64,000 nucleotides of DNA from Alphaproteobacteria bacterium (GTDB lineage Bacteria; Pseudomonadota; Alphaproteobacteria; Rs-D84). The translations under genes and the position numbers were made by a program. The stretch spans positions 328 to 64,327 of the forward strand of contig WRCC01000003.1 of the NCBI GenBank assembly GCA_009784235.1. Reading direction: 5' to 3'. This document shows, piece by piece, positions 27,156 through 37,696 of the stretch (positions are counted from its first letter, which is position 1; every line of letters starts with the position of its first letter). Below the pieces are notes generated by a model. That model had not been told where the DNA came from and searched no databases. It worked only from the letters and a program-made list of their open reading frames with translations.

Positions 27156-27989
27156 ATGCAAATTCGCAAATTATTTTTGCCATTGTTTTTGTTCAGCGCA
27201 TTCGCATCGCCATTGTTTGCAGAATCTGAAACGGCCACAGAACCCACCCAGGAAGTCACGGACGCAGAACAACGATTGGCCGAAGCAAGGGCACGACAAA
27301 ATTCTTTGGCAAATCGCGCCATCGGCGGCGTTGCAATTACCGGCGGCGGAATTGGCGGCGGCCAATTGGCCCAAGGGTTGGCCGAACGCCGCGCAGACCA
27401 AGCGGCCGCGGATGAAATGGAATCATATCGCGCAACAATTCGGTGCGGATTGACTGGCGGCCCGCATAATACGCCAATTGATGCAACCGGCGAAACGCCG
27501 GGATATTCACAACAATTTTTCACACTGATGTCAGATTATAATGATACCGCCACGCGACTGCGCGTTATCAAAGAAGCACTTTCATTGCCACCTGGCATTG
27601 AATCCGAAGCGCGAATAAATACAGACGTTCTGTACAGCAACGAAGCCATGGCCGAAATCGACCGCACGGGCGCATTTGGAAATACCGCCCAGCAAAGATT
27701 GGATGACGGTGATGCGCAAGCTCGAATTAATACCGGTACCACAGTTGCTGCGGTCGGTATTGGCGCCGGGTTGGTTGGCAATGTCCTGGTCAATCATATA
27801 CAGCCGGAATTGGGTGCAGGCAACATAGATAAAGAATTGGAAAAAATCCAAAACCAAGAACCGAAACAGGAACGTGCCGACGGCGAAAAAACCGGTGTTG
27901 GTAATGTTATTTCTGCGGTTGGCAGTGCAGTGGGCTCTGCCGGCAGCGCAGTTGGAAATGTTGTTGGAAACGTATTTTCAAGGAATTAA
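27156..27989 (+). CDS. Exported hypothetical protein with Gly-zipper-like segments (277 aa)
   Basis: Signal peptide MQIRKLFLPLFLFSAFASPLFA. Has GGVAITGGGIGGGQ, AAVGIGAGLVGNV and GNVISAVGSAVGSAGSAVGNVVGNV. Confidence 0.6.
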   Translation: MQIRKLFLPLFLFSAFASPLFAESETATEPTQEVTDAEQRLAEARARQNSLANRAIGGVAITGGGIGGGQLAQGLAERRADQAAADEMESYRATIRCGLTGGPHNTPIDATGETPGYSQQFFTLMSDYNDTATRLRVIKEALSLPPGIESEARINTDVLYSNEAMAEIDRTGAFGNTAQQRLDDGDAQARINTGTTVAAVGIGAGLVGNVLVNHIQPELGAGNIDKELEKIQNQEPKQERADGEKTGVGNVISAVGSAVGSAGSAVGNVVGNVFSRN

Positions 27990-28063
27990 TAATTAGAACA
28001 AAAACTCGTTATAAATTCCCCTTCGCTTGCGGGAATGACAGAACTGGTTTGAATGAATAGTAA

Positions 28064-28339
28064 TTATTCTGTCACAGCTTCCGTCGGTGCGGCCTGCTCT
28101 GTTCCTGGATTCGGCGTACGGTTGCGTTCGGCGCGGGATATGCGGCCTTTGTTCAAATCGTACGGTGTCATTTCTACTTGGACTTTTTCGCCAACATTAA
28201 CCCAAATGCGGTTTTTACGCATTTTGCCGCAAACCGTCGCGGTAATTTCATGCCCATTTTCCAATCGTACGCGAAACATGGTATTCGGCATTTTGTCCGT
28301 TACCACGCCGCTGAAAGTTATAACTTCGTCTTTTGCCAT
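28064..28339 (-). CDS. infA: Translation initiation factor IF-1 (with ~18-aa C-terminal extension)
   Basis: [42 protein letters not shown]....G.KV.VE.TPYDL.KGRI is near-canonical IF-1. Confidence 0.93.
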   Translation of the reverse strand: MAKDEVITFSGVVTDKMPNTMFRVRLENGHEITATVCGKMRKNRIWVNVGEKVQVEMTPYDLNKGRISRAERNRTPNPGTEQAAPTEAVTE

Positions 28340-28491
28340 AAATAAATTCCTTTTGTGTTTTTCGGGATTCTATATGCGAAAGACAAGAAAATCAAGAGAT
28401 TATTAGAATAAAGATGACAATTGTTTTCATATCAAGCCTATTATTCTCTTGCCTGAAATTCACAATTAAGATAAAATGAACAGATAAGAAA

Positions 28492-30615
28492 ATGACGAAA
28501 ATATTCACCGTTTTTGTTGCGGCTTTGTTTTGCGTACCTGCGTTTGCGACGCCACCACAGAACACGCGCGCCGTGGGCGGTACAACGAATGTTCGCACCG
28601 CTGCGACGCCTGTGACTACCACGACCACACCACGTGCCGCCGCGACACCAGAAATTGTCGGGCGCGCTGCGGCAACACTGCCTGCCCGTGCGGGCACAAC
28701 CGTGCCAACAATTGCGTCGCGAACTGCATCCCCGGAAATCACGACGCGCAGTGCGACAACGCAGCCACGCGCAATAATTGCCCAAACGCCGACCACTGCA
28801 CGCAGTGCGACCACGCCATCTGTCGCGCGTTCATCCATCGGATTGGCGCCGGCGGGCGCATCGATGGGCGGCGATTATAATTCTTGCCGCGATGCATATT
28901 TCACATGCATGGATCAATTTTGCGGCAATGCAAATGATAATTATCGCAGATGCACTTGTTCCGCACGACTGGACGATATCCAAGCACTGGAACGCCAAGT
29001 TCGCCAAACCGGCCAACAATTACAAGACTTTCATGATTTGAATATAGATGTGATATCCATGTCTTCGGCCGAAGTTGCGGCAATGTTAAAAGGAACCGCC
29101 GGCGAATATGCAGGCGCGTCTGCGCGTCGCACGGATGACAGCGCCGCCGCACAAACACTGGCCGGCATATCGGCGGTATTGGCTGGCACACGGGGCGCAG
29201 CATTGGCCACTGCGGGAAAATTGGATATCGGCGGTGATATAAATGAAATCTGGGCGGCATCCGCACTTATCGGCGGCGCGGATATACAAAATTTAACGGG
29301 CCGAAAATTATATGACCAAGTCCACGCGCAATGCGTCGTTATGGCGGAACCTTATTGCGGCCGCCAAGCAACCGTGAACATGGTCGTTGCTGCATACGGT
29401 ATGTATATCGAACAAGATTGCAATGTTGTCAAAGCCCAATTGGAAGGTCGCAGAATCCAAGCCGCGGCCGCAATCCGCGCGACGGAACGCGAAATGGGCG
29501 CCGCGCGTCTGGACAATTACAACGTCCATAATTCCGCCGAAATCAACGAATGCATCGCCCAAGTACGCCGTGATATCACGTCCCCCGACGCGTGCGGCCC
29601 GGAATACGTGCGATGTATGGATACAACCGGAATGTATTTGGATTTTGTCACGGGTGAACCTCTGTACACACCGCAGTTGTTTCATTTGGAAAATCTGTTG
29701 TCATTGGATGGCGATGTATTGGTCAATCCACAAAACCGATTGTTTGTATCTTTGCTAAACAACAAGAAACCATTTGCCGCACGCGGATTGGACACTTGTC
29801 GCGATATATCCGGCCATGTATGGGATGAATTTTTGCGCACCGCGATTGTCGAAATTTACCAGGGCCAGCAAAAGCGGGTACGCACCGCCAAAGACGATTG
29901 CGTCAATGTTTTAAACCAATGCTTTGACCAAAGTTTGACCCAGTTGAAAGATTTTTCCCACCAAGCCGCTGAAATGCTGGCCGGATATCGCATTGAATTG
30001 TCCGAAGAACTTTGTCGATCGCGACTGGATACTTGTGCGAACCTGTATGGCGGGGGCGAACCGGGATTGGCCGAACTGCGCGCGCTGATGCACAATATTG
30101 GAAATGCGATGCTGTATGATAATTGTCCGACTTTGATGAATGATTTTGCAAGAACGATTTGCACACCATTATCGCATGATACTGTGAACGTGTTCCCGTA
30201 TGATTGTCGTTCTTTTGAACCCGGCGGCATTGTCGAATGCGGCAGCAATGATAAACTGCAAGACTGCACAGACACATTATTTTACCGCTTTGTAAATTAT
30301 GCCAAAGATTATTGCGTACGTCCGGGCGAAAGAGAAGAAATATTCAAAGACCAAAAAATAATGGGCTTTATAAATTCAACGCTGGATGATTTGAAATTCA
30401 GCATGCGGAAAATGCTACGCGAACGATGCGAAAGTTTCGACGGTCTGTGGAAAGATTCAAATGATTGTACAGCACACACATCCGCAGGTATATGCAACGC
30501 TTCTGGCACTGGATGTGAATGGTACACAGCATGGAATATATGTATTATAAAACCAAATGAAAAGTATAAAGAAATCGGCGCAAATAATGTCTGGGGATTC
30601 TGCACAGAAAAATAA
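28492..30615 (+). CDS. Large exported cysteine-rich protein (707 aa), CMDQFC family
   Basis: Signal peptide MTKIFTVFVAALFCVPAFA, then a Thr/Ala/Arg/Pro-rich ~110-aa linker, then CRDAYFTCMDQFCGNANDNYRRCTCS, ACGPEYVRC and many further Cys. Confidence 0.8.
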   Translation: MTKIFTVFVAALFCVPAFATPPQNTRAVGGTTNVRTAATPVTTTTTPRAAATPEIVGRAAATLPARAGTTVPTIASRTASPEITTRSATTQPRAIIAQTPTTARSATTPSVARSSIGLAPAGASMGGDYNSCRDAYFTCMDQFCGNANDNYRRCTCSARLDDIQALERQVRQTGQQLQDFHDLNIDVISMSSAEVAAMLKGTAGEYAGASARRTDDSAAAQTLAGISAVLAGTRGAALATAGKLDIGGDINEIWAASALIGGADIQNLTGRKLYDQVHAQCVVMAEPYCGRQATVNMVVAAYGMYIEQDCNVVKAQLEGRRIQAAAAIRATEREMGAARLDNYNVHNSAEINECIAQVRRDITSPDACGPEYVRCMDTTGMYLDFVTGEPLYTPQLFHLENLLSLDGDVLVNPQNRLFVSLLNNKKPFAARGLDTCRDISGHVWDEFLRTAIVEIYQGQQKRVRTAKDDCVNVLNQCFDQSLTQLKDFSHQAAEMLAGYRIELSEELCRSRLDTCANLYGGGEPGLAELRALMHNIGNAMLYDNCPTLMNDFARTICTPLSHDTVNVFPYDCRSFEPGGIVECGSNDKLQDCTDTLFYRFVNYAKDYCVRPGEREEIFKDQKIMGFINSTLDDLKFSMRKMLRERCESFDGLWKDSNDCTAHTSAGICNASGTGCEWYTAWNICIIKPNEKYKEIGANNVWGFCTEK

Positions 30616-30635
30616 AATAGCCACGGAGATGGAAA

Positions 30636-31331
30636 ATGAAAAAATATTTAATTTTTGCACTTTGTTTGTTGGTCACGCCGGCGGTTGCTGACTGGTGGAA
30701 AATGCCAACGATTTGCAAACCATCTGCGAACCGATGCTGGCCATCGATGGGCGTGGGATTTGACGGTGGACTGTGGGATGCGGAATCTGCATGCTGGGGC
30801 ATGAAATTAATTTGTCCGGGCGCGCTGACCGCCAATGCACATGAACCAGAACCGATTTCCAAAGTGGCGCTGGGTAAAAATACCGGAATCAATACAGACT
30901 TTGATACGAATGCATTGAATTCGCGTGAACGATGTTTTGGTCTGCGCAAGACAACAGCAAATGGTGCAATGGCAACTGTGAACGGGCAAAGCGTTCGCGT
31001 ATGGTGCCGCGGCGTTTTGGATAATCCGGATGAAGAATTGGCAAACGGCGAAATTACGTATGGCACGCAACCAACATGTGCGCAATTGGCTGCGAATGGT
31101 TTTGTCGCGACGCTGAACGGAAATTGTTATGGTACAAAGTATGCAACGAACGATTACTTTATTGAATGCGGAACTGCGCTGTTGCCAACACGTATCGTTC
31201 AATTACGCGGTGCAACTGGCTGGACGTCTGGTGCGGCGGCGGGCGGCACGGGATTGGCAAATACAAATTCAATATTTGACGCAATGCAGCAAACATCAAC
31301 GACACAAAGAAACGAACATTTTAATAGGTAA
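30636..31331 (+). CDS. Exported cysteine-containing hypothetical protein (231 aa)
   Basis: Signal peptide MKKYLIFALCLLVTPAVA. Starts 20 nt downstream of 28492-30615, so probably co-transcribed. Confidence 0.6.
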   Translation: MKKYLIFALCLLVTPAVADWWKMPTICKPSANRCWPSMGVGFDGGLWDAESACWGMKLICPGALTANAHEPEPISKVALGKNTGINTDFDTNALNSRERCFGLRKTTANGAMATVNGQSVRVWCRGVLDNPDEELANGEITYGTQPTCAQLAANGFVATLNGNCYGTKYATNDYFIECGTALLPTRIVQLRGATGWTSGAAAGGTGLANTNSIFDAMQQTSTTQRNEHFNR

Positions 31332-31370
31332 AAGGTGGCTCGTGCTGGTGGTTGGTAACTAGTATCGAAC

Positions 31371-31408
31371 AAATAAACACTGTCTAATATATTAGACAGT
31401 GTTTATTT
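31371..31408. terminator. Perfect 38-bp palindrome (bidirectional terminator)
   Basis: AAATAAACACTGTCTAATA / TATTAGACAGTGTTTATTT. Lies between convergent 30636-31331 and prmC and overlaps the prmC stop. Confidence 0.65.
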
Positions 31409-32185
31409 GAACACCAAGACCCTTTCTATTTCTGATAAATCGTCATACGAACCAACAAACTGCCATTCGTTGCGCGTAAATACTTCCCGTACGGCATCGC
31501 CCTGGCCCGCACCGATTTCCAAAAATATTTTGCCACCAGGTGCCAAATGTTCACGCGCGGATTTTGCAATCGCGCGATACGCATCCAATCCATCTGCACC
31601 CGCATAAAGCGCAATTTTCGGGTCGTGCATCGCACCTGCATCCACGCGCAGGTCACCAATTGCGATGTATGGTGGATTTGAAATAATAATATCGAATTTC
31701 TGATTTATGATTTCTGATTTATGATTTAAGTTATTAAAATTTCCGCGCAAAATTTTAACCCTATCTTCCAATCCGTGTCGTTTTACATTCCGACGCGCAA
31801 TACGAATTACGGCGCGCGAAATATCGATACCGACACCTGTCGCACCCGGAATGTTTTTTACAATTGAACAAATTAAACATCCAGTACCGGTTCCCAGGTC
31901 GAGGATTTTCATGTTTTTATTATTTTTATTTTCCAGCACTGCTTCGACCAACGTTTCGCTATCCGGCCTTGGGTCCAATGTATGTCGGCTTGTTTCAAAC
32001 TCCATACCGTAAAACCATTTTTTGCCGACAATTTTCGCCACCGGCACACCGCGTCGTAATTTCCGCGCAGCAAAATGAATGCGAAATCGCAAAAACGATT
32101 TGCCTTGAATACTATTCAACACAACCTTTGCGTCGCGTGGGTTGCTGGCCCGGGCCAATATCTGGAATGCTTGATTTAATGTCAT
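31403..32185 (-). CDS. prmC: Release factor glutamine methyltransferase (PrmC/HemK)
   Basis: ILDLGTGTGC (SAM motif I) and IISNPPYI (NPPY catalytic motif). Confidence 0.88.
   Translation of the reverse strand: MTLNQAFQILARASNPRDAKVVLNSIQGKSFLRFRIHFAARKLRRGVPVAKIVGKKWFYGMEFETSRHTLDPRPDSETLVEAVLENKNNKNMKILDLGTGTGCLICSIVKNIPGATGVGIDISRAVIRIARRNVKRHGLEDRVKILRGNFNNLNHKSEIINQKFDIIISNPPYIAIGDLRVDAGAMHDPKIALYAGADGLDAYRAIAKSAREHLAPGGKIFLEIGAGQGDAVREVFTRNEWQFVGSYDDLSEIERVLVFK
31693..31727 (-). repeat. 35-bp five-heptad element, copy in prmC
   Basis: The minus strand reads AAATCAT AAATCAG AAATCAT AAATCAG AAATTCG. Translated in frame as ..LNHKSEIINQKF.., just before the NPPY motif. Confidence 0.8.
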
Positions 32186-32206
32186 AAAACGATTATAATC
32201 ACTGCC

Positions 32207-33457
32207 ATGATAAAATCAATTCTAAATATAAATGCGCATGCGTTCGCCAAAATCGCGCTTGGGTTCGGTTTGGTCCTGTTGGCCGTGGCCGCGATTCTGT
32301 TGGCCACGTCTGGCGGCCGCCGCATGGTCGGGATTACACTCGCCCCGTCCGATGTTGTTGTCGAGGTTAAATCTGGCGATACATTATCAACGATACTTAT
32401 CCAACATAATTTAACCGGCCGTGATATCAACGAAATCGACCGGGAATTGCGCAAATGCGATGTGCGGTCTTTGCGCGCCGGGTCTGACCAATTGGTAATT
32501 TCGCGACCCGACGAAGAAACCGCACCGAATTCAATCACATTAATATGCGGCCCGTGGAAACGCGTCGAAATCACACGCGACGATGGCGGATGGTCCGCGC
32601 ATACAATCGAAGTTGAGCGCGACATCCGTATGGTGCACCGCACTGGGCGAATTCGCGATGGCGATTCATTCTATAACGCCGCCCGCCGCGCCGGAATGCC
32701 GTCCGGAATAATTATCGATGTTTATGATTTGCTGTCATTCGAAATCGACTTTGAACGTGATGTCCGCGCCGGCCAAGAATTTTCGGTATTGTACGAAGAA
32801 CATTTTGCCGATGGTGTCAAGGCTGGCAACGGCGCCGTTGTCGCATTGTCTTTCGATTCACTGCGCGGTAATGTGAAAATGTATCGGTTCCGAAAGAATG
32901 ACGGAACATTCGGATATTATGACGAAAACGGAAATGGCGCGGTCAAGGCACTCAAACGCACGCCGATTAATAATGCCCGTGTGTCCAGCGGATTTGGTAA
33001 TCGCCGACACCCGGTATTGGGCTTCACACGTCAGCACAAGGGTGTTGATTTCCGCGCGGCGCATGGCACGCCGATTCCGTCTGCCGGTGCCGGCCGCGTT
33101 GTGGAACGTAAAAATGCGCCGAATGGATACGGCCTGTATATTCGCATCCGACATAATAATACCTTTGATACTTTGTACGCGCACATGTCGCGTTTTGCGA
33201 ACGGAGTAAATGTCGGAACGAATGTCAAACAAGGCCAAATTATCGGATACGTCGGTTCAACCGGATTGTCCACCGGCCCACATTTGCATTATGAAATTAT
33301 TAAAAACGGTGTGCATGTAAATCCGCTGACCGTGAAATTCCCATCGATTGACAACCTGGACGCAAAATCCAAAGAACGCTTTTTCCCGCTGCGCGACAAT
33401 ATCGACCGCGCGATTGAAACATTGCGAAATCATCCCGATATGTTTGTTCAGATGTGA
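32207..33457 (+). CDS. M23-family peptidoglycan metalloendopeptidase
   Basis: N-terminal TM segment. HKGVDFRAAHGTPI and GSTGLSTGPHLHYEI are the M23 zinc motifs. Confidence 0.88.
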   Translation: MIKSILNINAHAFAKIALGFGLVLLAVAAILLATSGGRRMVGITLAPSDVVVEVKSGDTLSTILIQHNLTGRDINEIDRELRKCDVRSLRAGSDQLVISRPDEETAPNSITLICGPWKRVEITRDDGGWSAHTIEVERDIRMVHRTGRIRDGDSFYNAARRAGMPSGIIIDVYDLLSFEIDFERDVRAGQEFSVLYEEHFADGVKAGNGAVVALSFDSLRGNVKMYRFRKNDGTFGYYDENGNGAVKALKRTPINNARVSSGFGNRRHPVLGFTRQHKGVDFRAAHGTPIPSAGAGRVVERKNAPNGYGLYIRIRHNNTFDTLYAHMSRFANGVNVGTNVKQGQIIGYVGSTGLSTGPHLHYEIIKNGVHVNPLTVKFPSIDNLDAKSKERFFPLRDNIDRAIETLRNHPDMFVQM

Positions 33458-33578
33458 AAAATCGATTCTGATGGACGCCTGCTTGCGTTTGATTCCGGTC
33501 ATGTATGTCCACAATACACTCCCTTTATCAAACGCGGCGCAATCGCCGCATTATAATCGATTTTTATTTTTTGATTTT

Positions 33579-35837
33579 TTATTTACCGAATTTTCCACTG
33601 CGTGGGAACCCGACCGGAATCGTGTGCCCCTGGGTTGCGCGTTTGCCCAGGTACGGCGTCCAATCTTCCAATTTCGTCGTTCCGCGTCCGGTTGTCCAGC
33701 TGAATCCGTCATTACGCGCAAAGAACATTGCATCCATTACGTATGTGCGTTCGGCATTGTATTTTTGTAATATCACGCCTTTGCCACGTGCCATTTCCGG
33801 AATATCGGATGCAGGGAATATCAACAATTTGTCGTTGCTGCCCACGATTGCACAGAAACATTCTTGCAGGGGCGTATTGCATACGCCCATATCGATACAC
33901 AGCTCTGCCGGATTTTTCGCATCAACCGTCATGACTTGTTTGCCGTTTTTGGTTTGCGCCAAACAATTTTCACCGGCAACAATAAAGCCAGTTCCGCGGC
34001 GCGCAACCAATAAATATTTACCCGACTGATTCAAGACAAACGCACGAATAATTGTTTCGTCCGCTGCGATATCCGCCATCATCCGAACCGATTCGCCGAA
34101 TCCGCGCGCCGACGGCAATGTGTTCGCCGCAAGGGTGTACATTTTACCGCCACTTGTGAATAGATTGATTTTATCAGTCGATTGCGCATGAAATGCGGTC
34201 TGCAATTCATCGCCTTCTTTGAATTTCATATCCAGCGCGCCGATATCCAAATGACCCTTGGCCGCGCGAATCCATCCCATCGTTGATAAAATAATTGTCA
34301 GCGGTTCTTTTTCAATAAAATCATCCGGATTGATTACAATTTCATCGGATGCATCCGCTGCCGCCCAAACCGTTTTACGCCGGCCGATTGCGGTATTTTT
34401 TGCATAAGATTTCTTAACATCCGCAAACCATGCTTTCAATTGGTCGTTCTGCATTTCGTCGGACGCCATCAACGCCATCAGTTGTTTTTGTTCCGCACGT
34501 AATTCGGCATCTTCGCGCCGAATTTCCATTTCTTCCAATTTGCGCAAAGAACGCAACCGAGTGTTCAATATTGCTTCGACTTGCAGTTCAGTCAATCTGA
34601 ATTCAGCCATCATGACGGATTTCGCATCGTCTTCATTCCGAATAATTTCAATCACGCGGTCCAGATTTAAATATACGACCAATAACCCGCCCAAGATTTC
34701 CAAGCGTCGCGCGATATTCGCCAAACGCCAATTCGTACGGCGGCCCAGGACGATTTTTTGATGCGCGATAAATTCATTTAATACTTCGCCGATTTTCATC
34801 ACACGCGGTGCACCGACGGAATCAATCACGTTGAAATTCATATTGAAACGTGTTTCCAGCCCCGTCATCGCGAATAAATGCGCCATTAATTTTTCAGGCT
34901 CTATATTGCGGGTTTTCGGCGTAATTACCACGCGGATATCGGTCGTGGATTCATCCACAATATCGTCGCACAATGGCAATTTTTTCGCATCAATCAATCC
35001 GGCAATTTGTTCAACCAGCGCAGATTTCGTCGGCCCATACGGAATTTCAGTGATTACAATCTGGTACTGGCCGCCTGGTAATTTTTCAATATCCCATTTT
35101 GCGCGCACGCGGAATGCGCCGCGCCCCGTATCATAATTTTTTACAATCGTATCAAAATCGTCAATCAGAATGCCACCAGTCGGAAAATCCGGACCGACCA
35201 TTTTCTTCATAATTTGCGCGGTCGTCGCATCCGGCCGGTCAATCATCATGGTCAATGCATCGCAGACTTCGGATACATTATGCGTTGGAATATTTGTGGC
35301 CATACCGACCGCGATACCCATGGAACCATTCGCCAACAGGTTTGGAAATGCACCCGGCATAACCGCCGGTTCGACCGTCGTGCCATCGAAATTCGGATTC
35401 ATATCGACGGAATCTTCGTCAATGCCGTCCATAATCATCATGGCGGCATCGGTCATTTTGGATTCAGTGTAACGATATGCAGCCTGGCCATCACCGTCGA
35501 TATTGCCAAAATTTCCCTGGCCGTCAATCAACGGATATCGCACGCTGAAATCTTGTGCCAATCGCACCATCGCATCATAAACAGAAGAATCACCATGCGG
35601 ATGATAAGACCCAAGCACGTCACCAACCACCGTCGCGCATTTGCGATGCGCCGCAGATGGCGTCAATTTTTTACGCAGCATGGAATACAAGATGCGCCGC
35701 TGGACCGGCTTTAACCCATCACGAACATCCGGCAAAGCGCGTGCGACAATGACGGATACGGAATACGACAAGTACCGCTGCGACAATGCGTCGGATAATG
35801 CTTGTGTATCAATATGCTGAATTATCTCTTTTACCAT
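33579..35837 (-). CDS. parC: DNA topoisomerase IV subunit A
   Basis: [26 protein letters not shown] and AYRYTE (catalytic Tyr). At 752 aa it fits ParC rather than the ~900-aa GyrA. Confidence 0.85.
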   Translation of the reverse strand: MVKEIIQHIDTQALSDALSQRYLSYSVSVIVARALPDVRDGLKPVQRRILYSMLRKKLTPSAAHRKCATVVGDVLGSYHPHGDSSVYDAMVRLAQDFSVRYPLIDGQGNFGNIDGDGQAAYRYTESKMTDAAMMIMDGIDEDSVDMNPNFDGTTVEPAVMPGAFPNLLANGSMGIAVGMATNIPTHNVSEVCDALTMMIDRPDATTAQIMKKMVGPDFPTGGILIDDFDTIVKNYDTGRGAFRVRAKWDIEKLPGGQYQIVITEIPYGPTKSALVEQIAGLIDAKKLPLCDDIVDESTTDIRVVITPKTRNIEPEKLMAHLFAMTGLETRFNMNFNVIDSVGAPRVMKIGEVLNEFIAHQKIVLGRRTNWRLANIARRLEILGGLLVVYLNLDRVIEIIRNEDDAKSVMMAEFRLTELQVEAILNTRLRSLRKLEEMEIRREDAELRAEQKQLMALMASDEMQNDQLKAWFADVKKSYAKNTAIGRRKTVWAAADASDEIVINPDDFIEKEPLTIILSTMGWIRAAKGHLDIGALDMKFKEGDELQTAFHAQSTDKINLFTSGGKMYTLAANTLPSARGFGESVRMMADIAADETIIRAFVLNQSGKYLLVARRGTGFIVAGENCLAQTKNGKQVMTVDAKNPAELCIDMGVCNTPLQECFCAIVGSNDKLLIFPASDIPEMARGKGVILQKYNAERTYVMDAMFFARNDGFSWTTGRGTTKLEDWTPYLGKRATQGHTIPVGFPRSGKFGK

Positions 35838-35942
35838 AACGGGCGTAATTTATTTCATTTAAGGGAAAATTGCAATAAAAAGATTTTTAATTGAAATATC
35901 AAGGCCGTGTGGTAACATTATACAGAATACAGGAGAACCCGC

Positions 35943-36362
35943 ATGAGCCGAACTTTCGACCTGGCCGACCGCTTGGTTTATTATGCTTTGACATATTTAG
36001 ACAAACATGGGCCGACGTCAACAGCGGAACTGTTCAGCGCAATAAAACGAGATATGACATTCAATGAATGGGAAAGCGTGGTTTATCCGAAAACCGGATT
36101 TATTCGCTGGGAACGTATGTTGTATTCATTTTCGGTCGATTTGACCAAAGCAGAATGGATTACAAAAAAACGCAAAGTCTGGACATTGACACCGGCCGGA
36201 AAACATGCGCTGGAAACACTGAAAACACCCGCAGCATTGCGTGCCGAAGCAATACGGTTATGGAAAATATGGTTTGCAACACCGGCCGATGAATTAAAAC
36301 GCCGCAAAGCAGCAGCCAGAGCCGAAAAAGAAGCCGCCGAAGCAAAAACGCATAAAAAATAA
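35943..36362 (+). CDS. Winged-helix protein resembling the Mrr N-terminal domain, with a basic K/A/E tail
   Basis: LTYLDKHGPTSTAELFSAI........W.......TGFIRWERML.....DLTKAEWI.K.RKVWTLTPAGKHAL parallels the Mrr_N wHTH pattern. No nuclease domain. Confidence 0.55.
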   Translation: MSRTFDLADRLVYYALTYLDKHGPTSTAELFSAIKRDMTFNEWESVVYPKTGFIRWERMLYSFSVDLTKAEWITKKRKVWTLTPAGKHALETLKTPAALRAEAIRLWKIWFATPADELKRRKAAARAEKEAAEAKTHKK

Positions 36363-36382
36363 ATCTTGGATGGCACATTGCC

Positions 36383-37696
36383 ATGAAAATCTATCTGAAT
36401 CAAAATGTCTTGGATGCCGCGCTATCGCGCATAAAATACTGTTTCGATAATTTCGATAATGTTCTGGTTGCTTTTTCCGGTGGTAAAGACAGCGGCGTTT
36501 TAATCGAATTGTGCCACGATTACGCCCGCCAACACGGCCTGGTCCACAAAATGGCTATGTATCACGTGGATTACGAAGCTCAATATGAAAAAACCACTGA
36601 ATACGTCACAGAAACTTTCGACCGTATGGATGATATTCGGCGGTTCTGGCTGTGTTTGCCCATATCTGCGCAATGTGCAGTGAATATGCGAAATCCGGGC
36701 ATCTGGTATCCTTGGAATCCGGATGAACAAAGTATTTGGGTGCGTCCCCTGCCCCAACGCGATTTTGTCGTGCATGAAAAAAATGTACCGTTTAAATTCA
36801 ATCCCGGCGTTTCAGATTACGAAATGCAAGAAGCATTTTGCAAATGGTTTTCAAAGACGTATGGCAAAACCGCAGTCTTAATCGGCATCCGCACAGATGA
36901 AAGTTTAAATAGATTTCGCGTAATCGCCAGCAGCCGCCGAGTTAATGTATATAAAGACAAACCATGGATTTTGGGCGTCGGCGATGGATTAACATTCAAA
37001 GCATACCCAATTTACGATTGGTCAAGCGAAGACATATGGGTCGCAAACGCAAAATTCGGATATAAATATAATCGGCTTTATGACTTGATGTACCAAGCCG
37101 GCGTAAAATTGGAAAATATGCGCGTGGCCAGTCCATTCAACGATTGTGCAATAACTGCCTTGAAACTTTACAAAACAATCGAACCCGATACTTGGGCACG
37201 ATTGGTCGGGCGTGTTAATGGTGTAAATTTCGCCGGGATTTACGGCGGAACAACCGCAATGGGATGGCGTAATATAAAGCTGCCGCGTGGATATACTTGG
37301 AAACAATATTGTTCTTTTTTATTGGATACTTTGGATAAACCGTTACGCCAAAATTATGAAAAAAAATTACAAACCAGCATTCGGTTTTGGCAATACAAGG
37401 GTGGTGCGCTGTCCGATAAAACCATCGCGGAATTAAAAAAATCAAAGCATGCACATGGTAACAAAGGCAAGGTCAGCCGGACATCCAACAAAGACGTGAT
37501 AACATTTCCGGAATATCCGGATGACTTGGACATCACGGATTTCAAAAGCGTTCCAACATATAAACGCATGTGTATATGTATATTAAAGAACGACTATTTT
37601 TGCAAATATATGGGATTCGCCGCGACCAAGGAAGAAACGCTGCGCAAGCGTATCGCGCTGGATATATATAAATGTTTATGGGGGGACATAAAATGA
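36383..37696 (+). CDS. PP-loop ATP-pyrophosphatase / PAPS-reductase-like protein (IbrA-like)
   Basis: VLVAFSGGKDSGV PP-loop near the N-terminus and a long C-terminal extension. Overlaps the downstream ParB-like gene by ATGA, the arrangement known for E. coli IbrA-IbrB. Confidence 0.75.
   Translation: MKIYLNQNVLDAALSRIKYCFDNFDNVLVAFSGGKDSGVLIELCHDYARQHGLVHKMAMYHVDYEAQYEKTTEYVTETFDRMDDIRRFWLCLPISAQCAVNMRNPGIWYPWNPDEQSIWVRPLPQRDFVVHEKNVPFKFNPGVSDYEMQEAFCKWFSKTYGKTAVLIGIRTDESLNRFRVIASSRRVNVYKDKPWILGVGDGLTFKAYPIYDWSSEDIWVANAKFGYKYNRLYDLMYQAGVKLENMRVASPFNDCAITALKLYKTIEPDTWARLVGRVNGVNFAGIYGGTTAMGWRNIKLPRGYTWKQYCSFLLDTLDKPLRQNYEKKLQTSIRFWQYKGGALSDKTIAELKKSKHAHGNKGKVSRTSNKDVITFPEYPDDLDITDFKSVPTYKRMCICILKNDYFCKYMGFAATKEETLRKRIALDIYKCLWGDIK

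Noticed and set aside
28392-28838. 148-aa minus-strand ORF over the start of 28492-30615
   Set aside because: It mirrors the Thr/Ala/Arg-rich linker (V/A/G/R-rich antisense translation). The plus-strand gene has a signal peptide and family motifs.
33579-35837. Annotation as GyrA
   Set aside because: The length (752 aa) and the short C-terminal domain fit ParC better. The call remains homology-by-eye, and a phylogeny would settle it.
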